52,062 bases of DNA from Burkholderiales bacterium (lineage in GTDB: Bacteria > Pseudomonadota > Gammaproteobacteria > Burkholderiales > SG8-41), in NCBI GenBank assembly GCA_046597455.1, contig JBKJKJ010000337.1, forward strand, positions 1 through 52,062, read 5' to 3'. The notes beneath the pieces are model-generated. The model saw only the letters and a program-made list of their open reading frames with translations, had not been told where the DNA came from and searched no databases. Positions 21,201-30,557 of the stretch are shown piece after piece. A program made the translations under genes and the position numbers. Numbering within the stretch: position 1 is the stretch's first letter; each line of letters starts with the position of its first letter.

Positions 21201-22322
21201 TCACGTCCTGACGCGGCGCTCGAAGCGCTTGACGGCGTCCGGATCGAGCTCGACGCCGATGCCCGGCGTTGTGGGCACCGCGATGACACCGGCTTCGGGT
21301 TGCGGCAGCGGCCGGTCCAGGATCGCGTGCAAAGGATTGTGGATATACATGTGCTCGAACGTCAGAAGGCCGGGCGTGGCCGCCGCAAAATGCAGCGAGG
21401 CCGCGATGCAGATCGGCCCTGAGGCGCCAGTGTGCGGCGCGACCGCGACGTTATAAGCGCCCGCGAAAGTTGCGATTCGGCGGCAACCGGTGAAACCCCC
21501 GGCGCGCGCGATGTCGGGCTGCACGACGTCGAGCAAACCTTCTTCCATAAACGGACGGAAGCCTGCGACCGTGAACTCACCTTCACCGGCCGCCAGCCGC
21601 ACGTTCCTGATCGCACTTCGTATCCGGCGATAGCCCGAAAGGTCATCAGGAACGACGGGCTCCTCGAGCCAGAACATGCCCAGCGTTTCAGCGTGCAGGC
21701 CGACCGCGATCGCTGTGGGCGCATCGTAGCCGCTGTTCGCGTCGAGCATCACATCGATGTCCGCGCCCACGGCTTTGCGCACGGCATCCATGCGCGCGAT
21801 ATCGGCGCCGCGTCCGCCACCGACTTTCATCTTGATCGCGGTATAGCCGTCCGCGGCCAGCCGCTCGGCCTCGCCGGCCATGATCGCAGGCGTGTCGAGC
21901 AGGATGGACGACGCATATGCGGGAACCTCTTTGCGCCCGTGACCGGCGAGAAGGCGCGAGACCGGCATTCCGAGCTTCTTGCCGAGCAGATCCCACAGCG
22001 CGATGTCGATCCCGCTGATGGCCTCGAGCAGATAGCCGCGCGAGTGCCCGCGCGCGCGCATCGTGCGATACATGTCGTCCCAGATGCCTTCGATATCGAA
22101 GCCGTCGCGCCCGATCACGACCGGCGCCAATACTTCCTCGATCACGGCGCGGGTGGCGCCCGGCCCCAGTCTCACGATGCACTCGCCCAGCCCCGTCAGC
22201 CCTTCATCGGAGTGAACCCGCACGACCGTCGCGAGCAGCGACTTGAGCTCAAAGGTGGCGATCCTCCACGGCTTGTCGAGCGGTGCTTCGAGCTCGAGCA
22301 CTTCGATGCGGGTGATTTTCAT
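21201..22322 (-). CDS. Mandelate racemase/muconate lactonizing enzyme family protein (enolase superfamily)
   Basis: 'MKITRIEVLELEAPL..', 'YTAIKMKVGG', 'VMLDANSGY', 'WLEEP', 'LAAGE', 'DVVQPD'. The track ORF to 22634 is over-extended. Confidence 0.9.
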   Translation of the reverse strand: MKITRIEVLELEAPLDKPWRIATFELKSLLATVVRVHSDEGLTGLGECIVRLGPGATRAVIEEVLAPVVIGRDGFDIEGIWDDMYRTMRARGHSRGYLLEAISGIDIALWDLLGKKLGMPVSRLLAGHGRKEVPAYASSILLDTPAIMAGEAERLAADGYTAIKMKVGGGRGADIARMDAVRKAVGADIDVMLDANSGYDAPTAIAVGLHAETLGMFWLEEPVVPDDLSGYRRIRSAIRNVRLAAGEGEFTVAGFRPFMEEGLLDVVQPDIARAGGFTGCRRIATFAGAYNVAVAPHTGASGPICIAASLHFAAATPGLLTFEHMYIHNPLHAILDRPLPQPEAGVIAVPTTPGIGVELDPDAVKRFERRVRT

Positions 22323-22336
22323 TGCGGCGCCCGGAC

Positions 22337-23485
22337 TCAACGCACGACTTGCCAGGCCCCGTCGCTGCCGGGATAGACGGCGCCGTATTTGCGAACCGCT
22401 TCGGCGTCGAAGTTCCAGCCGAGGCCCGGCGTCTGCGGCAACAGCAGGTCTCCGTCCTTCGCGACGAGTTGACGGTCGATCAGGCGGCGGAAATTCACGA
22501 TGTGGTCGTCGGGCATGAATTCCACGTGACGCGCATTGGGCGCCGATGCGGCCAGATGCACGTGCACATCGTGCCAGGCGTGAGGCGAGACGGTCACGCC
22601 GTAGCTCGCCGCGGTCGCAGCCACGCGCCGCCATTCGGAGACCCCGCCGCAGACCGTCGCGTCGGTCTGAAGGATCTCGGCGGCCTGTTTCTCGAGCATT
22701 TCCCTGAAGCGCCAGCGCCCCGCCTCGATTTCCCCGGTCGCCACGGTCACGCTGGTGCGTTGCGCGAGCTTCGCATGATTGTCGATGTCATCCGGAGAAA
22801 ACGGCTCCTCGATCCAGTACGGATCGTACGGTTCGAAGCGGTTCATGTAGCGCAGCGCAGTCGGCAGGTCGTGCCATGCGTTGTTGGCGTCGAGCATCAG
22901 CAGCACGTCGGGGCCGATCGCCTCCCGCGCGGCGCGAATGCGGTCCTCTTCCTCGCGCGGAGAGAGCCGGCCCGTTTTCATTTTCACGGCCTTGAAACCA
23001 TCCTTGACGTAACCCGCGAGCTCTTCGCCGAGTTTTTGAGGCGTCTTCCCCGGCAGGTAGTAACCGCCGCTCGCATACGCAGGCACGCGATCATCGACGA
23101 CCGCGCCGAGGTAGCGATACAGCGGCAGCTTCGCGGTGCGGGCGTTGAGGTCCCAGATCGCAATATCGATCGCGGACAGCGCGCGCATGACTGCACCCAC
23201 GCGTCCCTGCAACAGCGCTTCTGCATACATCTCCTGCCACAGCCCTTCGACGCGCAGAGATTCCTGACCGACCACGCGCGCACCGAGGAGATCGGTCACT
23301 GCAACCGCAAGCAGGCGCCCCGACGTGTTGACCGCGTAGCAGTATCCGATGCCTTCCACGCCGTCGACCGAGCGCACTTTCACCAGGCAGTATTCGCGCG
23401 CGGTGACGGTGCGGGTGGAGAACGTCACCGCGTTGTCGAGCGGAACGCGGGCGATGCAGACTGAAACCGATTCGATGCGGGCCAT
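22337..23485 (-). CDS. Mandelate racemase/muconate lactonizing enzyme family protein (enolase superfamily)
   Basis: 'FKAVKMKTG', 'LMLDANNAW', 'WIEEP', 'VATGE', 'ILQTD'. Ends 14 nt before the next gene. Confidence 0.9.
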   Translation of the reverse strand: MARIESVSVCIARVPLDNAVTFSTRTVTAREYCLVKVRSVDGVEGIGYCYAVNTSGRLLAVAVTDLLGARVVGQESLRVEGLWQEMYAEALLQGRVGAVMRALSAIDIAIWDLNARTAKLPLYRYLGAVVDDRVPAYASGGYYLPGKTPQKLGEELAGYVKDGFKAVKMKTGRLSPREEEDRIRAAREAIGPDVLLMLDANNAWHDLPTALRYMNRFEPYDPYWIEEPFSPDDIDNHAKLAQRTSVTVATGEIEAGRWRFREMLEKQAAEILQTDATVCGGVSEWRRVAATAASYGVTVSPHAWHDVHVHLAASAPNARHVEFMPDDHIVNFRRLIDRQLVAKDGDLLLPQTPGLGWNFDAEAVRKYGAVYPGSDGAWQVVR

Positions 23486-23495
23486 GATGATTTCC

Positions 23496-24473
23496 TTACT
23501 CGGGTTTGATGCCGGCCTGTTTGGCCACGGCGTTCCATTTCTTCAGGTCCTCGCGCATGAGCTTGCCCAGCTCTTCCGCAGTGCCTGCAAGCGGGTCGCC
23601 ACCTTGCTGGATGATGCGATCGCGCATTTTTTCCGTGGAGAGGATACGCGTGATCTCACCATTGAGCTTCGCCACGACGTTCTTCGGCGTCTTCGCCGGC
23701 GCGAGCACCCCGAACCACACCACCGACTCGAAACCCGGCAGGCCTGCTTCAGCGAGCGTCGGCACGTCAGGCAGCACGGCCGCGCGCTTGTTCGATGTCA
23801 CGCCGAAGGTTTTCACCTTGCCCGCTTTCAGTTGGGGCAAGCCTTGCACCGTGGTGATGAACGTCACCGCCGCAGCACCCGCGATCGTGTCGATCAGGGC
23901 CGGAACGCCGCCTTTGTACGGGACATGCACCATCTGTATGCCTGCCATGCGGTTGAGGAGCTCGTTCGACAGATGCTGGATCGAGCCCTGGCCAGGCGTT
24001 GCGTAATTGAGCTGGCCCGGTTTCGATTTCACCAGCGCGATGAATTCTTTCAGGTTTGCCGCCGGCACACCGAGATTGGCGAGCAGCATGAAAGGCGAGC
24101 TCGCAACGAGCGAGACTGGCGCGAAATCGCCGATCGCGTCATAGGGGATCTTCGCGTAAACACTGGGCGCGATCACGTGATTCGGTATCGCCATCAGGAT
24201 CGTGTGTCCGTCGGGAACGGCCTTGGCAGTCGCTTCGGCGGCGAGCATGCCTGCGGCACCGCCGCGATTGTCGATGATCACCGACTGTCCAAACGCGCTG
24301 GTCAGCGGCGCGGCGAGATCGCGTGCGAGTATGTCGACACTGCCGCCCGGTACGAAACCCACGAGAAACCGGATGGGTTTGGTGGGATAGTTCTGCGCAA
24401 GCGCAGTGGAAGCCACGAAAGCGAACAGGGCGCCGGCGGCGGCGCCTGTCACGCGATTGAAAGTGCGGTTCAT
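23496..24473 (-). CDS. Bug/TctC-family substrate-binding protein
   Basis: 'ALAQNYPTKPIRFLVGFVPGGSVD...IDNRGGAAG...VPDGHTIL'. First gene of the Bug/MR/MR/dehydrogenase operon. Confidence 0.92.
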   Translation of the reverse strand: MNRTFNRVTGAAAGALFAFVASTALAQNYPTKPIRFLVGFVPGGSVDILARDLAAPLTSAFGQSVIIDNRGGAAGMLAAEATAKAVPDGHTILMAIPNHVIAPSVYAKIPYDAIGDFAPVSLVASSPFMLLANLGVPAANLKEFIALVKSKPGQLNYATPGQGSIQHLSNELLNRMAGIQMVHVPYKGGVPALIDTIAGAAAVTFITTVQGLPQLKAGKVKTFGVTSNKRAAVLPDVPTLAEAGLPGFESVVWFGVLAPAKTPKNVVAKLNGEITRILSTEKMRDRIIQQGGDPLAGTAEELGKLMREDLKKWNAVAKQAGIKPE

Positions 24474-24566
24474 GCGTTCTTCTCCTCAGTGTAGGACGTA
24501 AACAGCATCGTGATTCCGGTCACGCCCGTGGAGCGCGATGCGCTACGGGCGTTTGCATCGAACCGA

Positions 24567-25454
24567 CTAAAGTCGCGGATCGTCGCGGCCCGAGGCAATA
24601 CCGCTGTCGGCGATGAGTGACGCCTGGGTGCCGACGTACAGATTGATTCCCAGCTCGCGTGCGTACTCCAGCACGAGATGCAGGTCCTTTCTCAGGTTCG
24701 GCGGCGTCACACCCGGCGGGGTTGCTGCGAGCATCCCTTTCCAGCGCGGGCCCAGATCGTCCCACAGTCGCAACACCGCGCTGTCGGCGATGCCCTCCCC
24801 GAGGATCTGCCTGAGTATCGCCGGCTCTACGCCTCCGGCGACACCCAATGCCATGCCTTCCAGCAGCGTCATCACGTTCACGCTGCATACGAGCTGATGG
24901 GCGAGCTTCGCCGTCTGGCCTGCACCGATGTCGCCTGCGCGCGTGATGCTGCGTGCAAACGCACTGAGCACCGGCCGCGCACGTTCGAGCGTCTGCGCTG
25001 CGCCGCCCGCCATGACGCTCAGGTTGCCTTGCGCAGCAGCGAGGTAGCCGCCGGAAATCGGCGCATCGAGCGTCTCGCACCCATTCCCGGCGAGTTGCTC
25101 CTCGGCATGGGTGTCGAAATCAGTGCGAATACGCCGGAACAGTAAGAGGGCCGGCGCCACAGCGAGACCCGACTGTGCGCCCATGATCAGCGTGTAGCCG
25201 TCAGGCGGTGATTTCGCGACCAGCTCGCCGGCAATGAATCCCGATGCGCCGGGGCGGTTCTCCACGATGACGTTTTGCCCCCACGCCTCGGTCAGGCGCT
25301 GGGCGATCACGCGCGTGAGGACGTCGGTACCACCGCCTGCACTCAGGCCGATGACGATGCGCACCGGTTTGGCCGGGTACGTCTGGCCTGCCGCAGCGCC
25401 GGCGCCCAGAGACCATACGACGGCGATCGCCGCAAAATTTAGAAACAGATACAT
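24567..25454 (-). pseudogene. In-frame chimera: Bug-family N-terminus (about 105 aa) fused to the C-terminal domain of a 3-hydroxyisobutyrate/tartronate-semialdehyde-reductase-type dehydrogenase
   Basis: N-terminal part 'MYLFLNFAAIAVVWSLGAGAAAGQTYPAKPVRIVIGLSAGGGTD..VENRPGASG..PPDGYTLIMG' is Bug-like. From about 'LDAPISGGYLAAAQGNLSVMAGG...GDIGAGQTAKLAHQL' onward it is a HIBADH NAD_binding_11-type C-terminus. The Rossmann domain and most of Bug are absent. Confidence 0.7.
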
Positions 25455-25524
25455 GTCGTGCACTCCCTGGTGTCGTAGCCGGTGTTTCGATCGAGCGGCG
25501 CGCGTGCCGGCCGATGAAAGCATG

Positions 25525-26235
25525 TCAGGCGGCCTGCGGGCCCTGCGAGCGCGAGCGCTCGATTCGTTCGATGCCTTTGCGGAAATGCGCCCGCGCACTG
25601 GCGCGAGCTTCGTCGGCGTCACGCGCCGCGATGGCCGCGTAGATTTTTTCGTGTTCGCTTTGCGTATCGGCCATGCGGCTCGCGCGCGCGACCCTGCCGC
25701 CGGTCATCTGGATCTGGTGCCTTACATAGCGTTCCAGAAACTCGGTGAGCTCGACATACTTGCTGTTGCGAGTCGCCTGGGCGATGGCGCGATGAAAGCG
25801 CAAGTCCTCGTCGACCCCGTCTTCGCCTCGCTGGAAGGCCGCGCGTACGGCGTCGAGCGCCGCGCGTATCGCCTGCAATTGCCTGCGGCTCGCGCGTTCC
25901 GCCGCGAGGGCCGCGGCTTCGGATTCGACCGCGAGACGCAGCTCGAGGACTTCAACCGTGGCCTCGAAAGAGTCGACGCTGTCGGGTGCGATTCGAAAAG
26001 GAATACCGAGCCTGCTCTGTGCGACGAAGGCGCCTGCACCCTGCCGCGTTTCAACCAGGCCCTCGGATTTGAGACGTGAAATGGCTTCGCGCACGACGGT
26101 GCGGCTGACGCCGAATTCGCTGGATAACGCCTGCTCGGTCGGCAGGCGGCTTCCGGGCGTGAGCGCTCCGGACGCGATGCGGGTCAGCATCGTGGCGCTC
26201 ACCTGATCCGTAAGATTGCCTGCTCTGAGGGGCAT
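25525..26235 (-). CDS. GntR-family (FadR/FCD subfamily) transcriptional regulator
   Basis: wHTH 'LPTEQALSSEFGVSRTVVREAISRLKSEGLVETRQGAGAFV' plus a helical FCD-like C-terminal domain. Confidence 0.9.
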   Translation of the reverse strand: MPLRAGNLTDQVSATMLTRIASGALTPGSRLPTEQALSSEFGVSRTVVREAISRLKSEGLVETRQGAGAFVAQSRLGIPFRIAPDSVDSFEATVEVLELRLAVESEAAALAAERASRRQLQAIRAALDAVRAAFQRGEDGVDEDLRFHRAIAQATRNSKYVELTEFLERYVRHQIQMTGGRVARASRMADTQSEHEKIYAAIAARDADEARASARAHFRKGIERIERSRSQGPQAA

Positions 26236-26364
26236 GCGGTTTGTCTTCGTAAGAAGTTGTCAGGTTATCATACAAGTTGTCGATCGCAGAAGTCGCCGTC
26301 GGAAACGCGACCGTGCGCCCAATTTTCACGGCAGAATGATTCAAACAACACCGGGGAGAACCAC

Positions 26365-27333
26365 ATGAGGGCAATGCTTCGAGCGCTGGTCGCAGGCGTC
26401 CTGATCATCGGGAGCGCGGCGGCGCAGGCGCAAAACTATCCGACGCGACCCGTCAGAATCGTCGTCGGCTCGACCGCCGGAGGCGGAACCGACATCATCG
26501 CGCGGCTGATCGGAGAGAAGCTTGCCGACGCGTTCAAACAGCCTTTCATCGTCGAGAACCGGCCGGGCGCATCGACGACCATCGCCGGCGCGGTGGCGGC
26601 AAAAGCCACGCCCGACGGCCACACGCTCCTCATCGGCACGAGTACGGTGCGCGCCGTGGCACCGCACCTGATGAAAGTCGGCTATGACGCGAACCGGGAT
26701 TTCGCGGCCGTCGCCTTACTGGTGACGGTTCCCAACGTCCTGATCGCGAATAGCGCGCTTGCGGTGAAGGACGTGCGCGACCTGGTGGCATTGATACGCG
26801 CCAAACCCGACCAGTTCACCATGGGCAATGCCGGCACGGGCACCGTGCAGCATCTCTCGGGTGAAGCTTTCAAGCAGCGCATCGGAATCAAGACCGTGAA
26901 CGTGCCGTACAAAGGCAGCGCGCCGGCGCTCACCGATCTGGTCGCGGGGCATATCCAGTTCGCGTTCGACACGACGTCCTCCTCGATGGGGCAGATCAGA
27001 AGCGGGCGCGTGCGGGCGCTCGCCATCACCAGCGCCAGGCGTGCACCCGAGCTGCCCGACGTGCCGACGATGGCCGAAGCGGGCTACCCCAATTTCGAAT
27101 TCGCGACGTGGTACGGGATGTGGAGCACGGGCGGCACGCCGGCCGCGATCGTCACCCGGCTTCACGACGAGACGATGCGCGCGCTCAAACTGCCCGACGT
27201 GCAGCAGCGCCTGTCTGCGCTCGGCGGCGAGCTCGGCGCTTCGAGTATCGAGCAATTCTCGACGTTCACGCGCGCTGAGTACGAGCGCTATGGCAAGCTC
27301 GTGCGCGATGCCGGAATCAAGGTATCGCAATGA
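26365..27333 (+). CDS. Bug/TctC-family substrate-binding protein
   Basis: 'MRAMLRALVAGVLIIGSAAAQAQNYPTRPVRIVVGSTAGGGTD'. GGGGAGAA upstream of the ATG at 26365. Confidence 0.92.
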   Translation: MRAMLRALVAGVLIIGSAAAQAQNYPTRPVRIVVGSTAGGGTDIIARLIGEKLADAFKQPFIVENRPGASTTIAGAVAAKATPDGHTLLIGTSTVRAVAPHLMKVGYDANRDFAAVALLVTVPNVLIANSALAVKDVRDLVALIRAKPDQFTMGNAGTGTVQHLSGEAFKQRIGIKTVNVPYKGSAPALTDLVAGHIQFAFDTTSSSMGQIRSGRVRALAITSARRAPELPDVPTMAEAGYPNFEFATWYGMWSTGGTPAAIVTRLHDETMRALKLPDVQQRLSALGGELGASSIEQFSTFTRAEYERYGKLVRDAGIKVSQ

Positions 27334-27404
27334 GCCCGCGCATCGGTCTTACTTCGCCCTGCGGCAGGGGCCGCGTGCGCCGGTAGATCACCGGCGAAGA
27401 CGCC

Positions 27405-28184
27405 ATGATCCGCCGTGCACGCGATCTGGAAGCGTTGTTTGCATCGGACGCGGACGCACGCCGGCTCACGCGCACCAGTCTCGTTTGCGTCGCTCTGATC
27501 TACGCCGATCTTCTCGCAGCCACGCTCGGCGCCGTGCCGCCGTGGACGCTCGCGATAATCGTGACGCTGCTCGTCCCGCGGTGGATGATCGCCGTTCACG
27601 AGCTTTTCCATTTGCGCAGCGAGCGCGAAGTCGATCCCGTCACCCGGCTACAGGTGCTTCTTTTCACGCCTTTGAGTCTGGGCTACCGGGAGAATCTCGC
27701 GAACCACCGCAGTCACCATCGCTACATGGGAACGCCCAGCGATGCCGAGTTCTACCAATTGCGCGGTTCGCGCCTGACCGGCTTTGCGAACGCCCTGACG
27801 GCGCCCGAGCAGATGTGGTTACGCTGGGTCCTCGAACACGGGATCGACACACGGCTCGCAATCGAAACCGCCGTGCGATTCGCGCTGTTCGCCGGGCTCG
27901 TGGAGTTGACCGGGACGACCTTTCTCTGGTACTGGATACCGGCGCGCCTCGCATTCGGCACGAGTTATTTCATCTTTTTCTACTGGCTGCACCGGCAGGG
28001 TGATGCCATGGGGGTGTACCGCCTGATCCTGCCGCGGCCGCTCGTGAGCGTGCTCACGTTCCTGTACGGGAAAGACGTTGTCGAGGCGACGCTGCACCAC
28101 GACGCACACCACGCGCAGCCGCGCATTGCCGCAGAACATCTGGATCGTTCGCGAATGCGCCTGGCGCTTCAGCCACCTGCGTGA
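27405..28184 (+). CDS. Fatty-acid-desaturase-type membrane di-iron protein
   Basis: Three His boxes, 'HELFH', 'HRSHHRY' and 'HHDAHH', separated by hydrophobic segments. Confidence 0.75.
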   Translation: MIRRARDLEALFASDADARRLTRTSLVCVALIYADLLAATLGAVPPWTLAIIVTLLVPRWMIAVHELFHLRSEREVDPVTRLQVLLFTPLSLGYRENLANHRSHHRYMGTPSDAEFYQLRGSRLTGFANALTAPEQMWLRWVLEHGIDTRLAIETAVRFALFAGLVELTGTTFLWYWIPARLAFGTSYFIFFYWLHRQGDAMGVYRLILPRPLVSVLTFLYGKDVVEATLHHDAHHAQPRIAAEHLDRSRMRLALQPPA

Positions 28185-28256
28185 CGCACGAATCGTGATG
28201 CGCAGCGCACGTGGCGGCACGGCCACGCAAGCGTTGTCCACCACTCGCCTGCCCTC

Positions 28257-28295
28257 TAGCAGCCTGTCGGACTTACCAGTCGGGACAGGCTGCTA
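28257..28295 (+). terminator. Stem-loop downstream of the desaturase-like gene
   Basis: 12-bp perfect inverted repeat TAGCAGCCTGTC (28257-28268) / GACAGGCTGCTA (28284-28295), 73 nt after the stop. No U-tract, so terminator function is uncertain. Confidence 0.4.
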
Positions 28296-28570
28296 AAGCA
28301 AAACCGGACGGATTTACGCAGAATATGATTTCGAAAAGCCTCAAAAGCATGATTTCGACTTCAATTCGGCTGTCCGGTTTTGCATAAAGCGCTTGTCGCA
28401 TCGCAAGTCCGACAAGCGCCTAGAATCACTCGATGCCGAAAGACCCCGCAACGCGCGATGCTGCGCCCGCAGCACGTGTCTCGCGCGAAGACGATCGGGC
28501 GGCATGGCGCGCGAGGCGGGAAGCGCGCCGCGCGAAGCAACGCGAACAGAACGTCGTTCGCGCAGCCCGG

Positions 28571-29382
28571 ATGCACGAGGCGCGCCTGGCGCATGAAACG
28601 TCACGTCCGCCCGGCCTTCACAGCGCGAGCGTCGACGCCCCGGAATCGCGCACGCAACCCGCAATCCACGTCGGCTGCTCAGGCTGGTATTACTGGCACT
28701 GGCGCGACACGTTTTACCCTGCAGGCCATCCCGGAAGCCTCTGGTTCGACTATTACGCGAGCCAGTTCCGCACCGTCGAGCTCAATGCACCGTTTTATTC
28801 GTGGCCGACACTGGCAACGATCAAAACCTGGAACCGGCAGATCGGCCGGCGCCGTTTCACCTACACCGTGAAGGTCAACGAGCTCATCACGCATACAAAG
28901 CGTTTCGTTCGCACGGCAACACTCGTCAAGGATTTCGGGCTCATCGCCGATCTGCTCGGCCCGCACTTCGGGTGCTTCCTGTTTCAGCTCCCCCCGAGCG
29001 TGCACTACGCCCCCGCAGTGCTCAAAAGAATCCTCAGCCAGCTCGATCCTCGTCACCGCAACGTGGTCGAATTCCGTCTGCGTCGTGGTGGAACGAAAAG
29101 GTTTACCGGGCTTTCCGTGACATGAACGCGATCTTTTGCTCGGCGAGCGCGCCGCGCCTGCCAGATGAGCTCGTCAAGACCGCGGACGACATCTACGTGC
29201 GTTTTCACGGCACCCGGCAGTGGTATCGCCACGATTACACCCGCGACGAGCTCGCGGTCTGGACCGGGCGGGTGAAGCGCAGCGGCGCGAAACACGTATG
29301 GGCGTATTTCAACAACGACCGCGAAGGTCATGCCATCAAGAACGCTCGCGCGTTCATCAGGCAGCTCAAACGCACCGGCTGA
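28571..29382 (+). pseudogene. DUF72 (YecE-like) family gene interrupted by a 1-nt frameshift
   Basis: Frame 1: 'IHVGCSGWYYWHWRDTFYP...FQLPPSV..NVVEFR'. The continuation 'ASWWNEKVYRAFRDMN...IYVRFHG...VWAYFNNDREGHAIKNA' is in the next frame. The junction is at about 29078-29079. The length is not a multiple of 3. The start could also be the ATG at 28433. Confidence 0.75.
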
Positions 29383-29399
29383 TGAACCTGCCCGCGCTG

Positions 29400-29591
29400 T
29401 CAGGCCTTACTTTTAGAGAGGTATTCACGGCCGAGCGAAGTCATCTGCAGACCGCCTTCGACCAACCGGATCGCCAGACCCTCACCGATCAGGCGATCGG
29501 CTATGGGACCGGGCAGGTCCGGCTTGACCGGAGCCTCCGTATCGAGCTGCGTCAGCCAGTCCAGTTCGTCAGCACTGAGTTTGTATGTCAT
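29400..29591 (-). CDS. Small hypothetical protein (63 aa)
   Basis: GGAG lies 5 nt upstream of the ATG at 29591. 'MTYKLSADELDWLTQLDTEAPVKPDLPGPIADRLIGEGLAIRLVEGGLQMTSLGREYL'. Confidence 0.45.
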   Translation of the reverse strand: MTYKLSADELDWLTQLDTEAPVKPDLPGPIADRLIGEGLAIRLVEGGLQMTSLGREYLSKSKA

Positions 29592-29840
29592 TGCCACTCC
29601 GTCGTATTCGCTGCGTTTCCTTCGCTGCGTCTTTATGATGGCCCGGGCGGGACCACGGTTCCTCGAGTTGTCTGCCGTCAGTTTGGAACAGGGCTTTCGC
29701 GACGCTCTCATGCAAGATCGTTGCCCGCACGGCGCAACGCGTTGCTGACGCCTTCCCGCGAATGATCGGGCCAGCCGCCATAGGGGGGCGGTCGGACGAT
29801 CGAAGCGAAGACGATTATGCGACGCCCGGCGGCGCCGCGC

Positions 29841-30317
29841 TCAGTCGTGAGCGATTTGCAAATGCGTCAGAGGGGTGGTCAGGGAGGCGGCTTGCGCAAG
29901 CGCCGCGCGATCGGCGTCAGGCTCCGGCGCCGATTTGATTTGCGTGGCCGCCCATATCCCCCATACCAACCCGCCGATCAGGAAGACGGGATTGGCAATG
30001 CCGAGCAGGAGCCCCAGCGAACGGGCCGTCAGCGGGCTGCTGACCACGGCGTTGGTGCGCTGCAAGTCCACGCGGGTGACCGGGTCGAGAGGCACGGTCT
30101 CGAGCAGATTGCCCACCACGCCTTTGTAGAGCGTCTGATCCACCGACTGCGGAGCGCCGGTAGCCACGGGACCGTCACCGGGTTCAGGCGCCGCAGGGAG
30201 CGGGCTGGCAAGTGTCGCCACGAGGGCGACCGCATCCGACGCGTCGACCTGAGCGAACGCGATGTTTCCGCCGAACGCGAGCGGAACGGCGAGCACGAGC
30301 AAAACCGCGGCTTTCAT
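29841..30317 (-). CDS. Exported protein with C-terminal hydrophobic segment, unknown function
   Basis: Signal peptide 'MKAAVLLVLAVPLAFGGNIAFAQ'. TM-like 'LGLLLGIANPVFLIGGLVWGIWAA'. Confidence 0.5.
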   Translation of the reverse strand: MKAAVLLVLAVPLAFGGNIAFAQVDASDAVALVATLASPLPAAPEPGDGPVATGAPQSVDQTLYKGVVGNLLETVPLDPVTRVDLQRTNAVVSSPLTARSLGLLLGIANPVFLIGGLVWGIWAATQIKSAPEPDADRAALAQAASLTTPLTHLQIAHD

Positions 30318-30557
30318 GACGTGGCGATTATCCTTTTCCCTCTCACGTCCTGGTAACGGCACGACGCGCGGTCGGCTTTAGCCGTCTTTGTGGCATGATT
30401 CCGGGCCCGCGTCCCTATCAATAATATTCGCCGCGTCGTCTGGAGGACACTGTATGGACGGCCCCTACATTCGCGCTCTCGCCGAAATGTGCGATGCGCT
30501 CGAGCGCGCCGACGACGTTTCATCCCTGATCGCGGTACTGCGATAAGCGAGGTATCC

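Noticed and set aside
22322-24494. Two roughly 380-aa + strand ORFs (22322-23464 and 23349-24494) opposite the enolase-superfamily and Bug genes
   Set aside because: Same shadow-ORF phenomenon. They are Arg-rich, have no recognisable domains, and fully overlap strongly supported minus-strand genes.
30363-30557. Possible Moco riboswitch upstream of the molybdoenzyme gene, and a cobalamin/cobalt riboswitch upstream of the NHase-like genes (7017-7314)
   Set aside because: I could not recognise the conserved Moco or cobalamin riboswitch core sequences or helices by eye. A covariance-model scan would be needed, so no feature is claimed.
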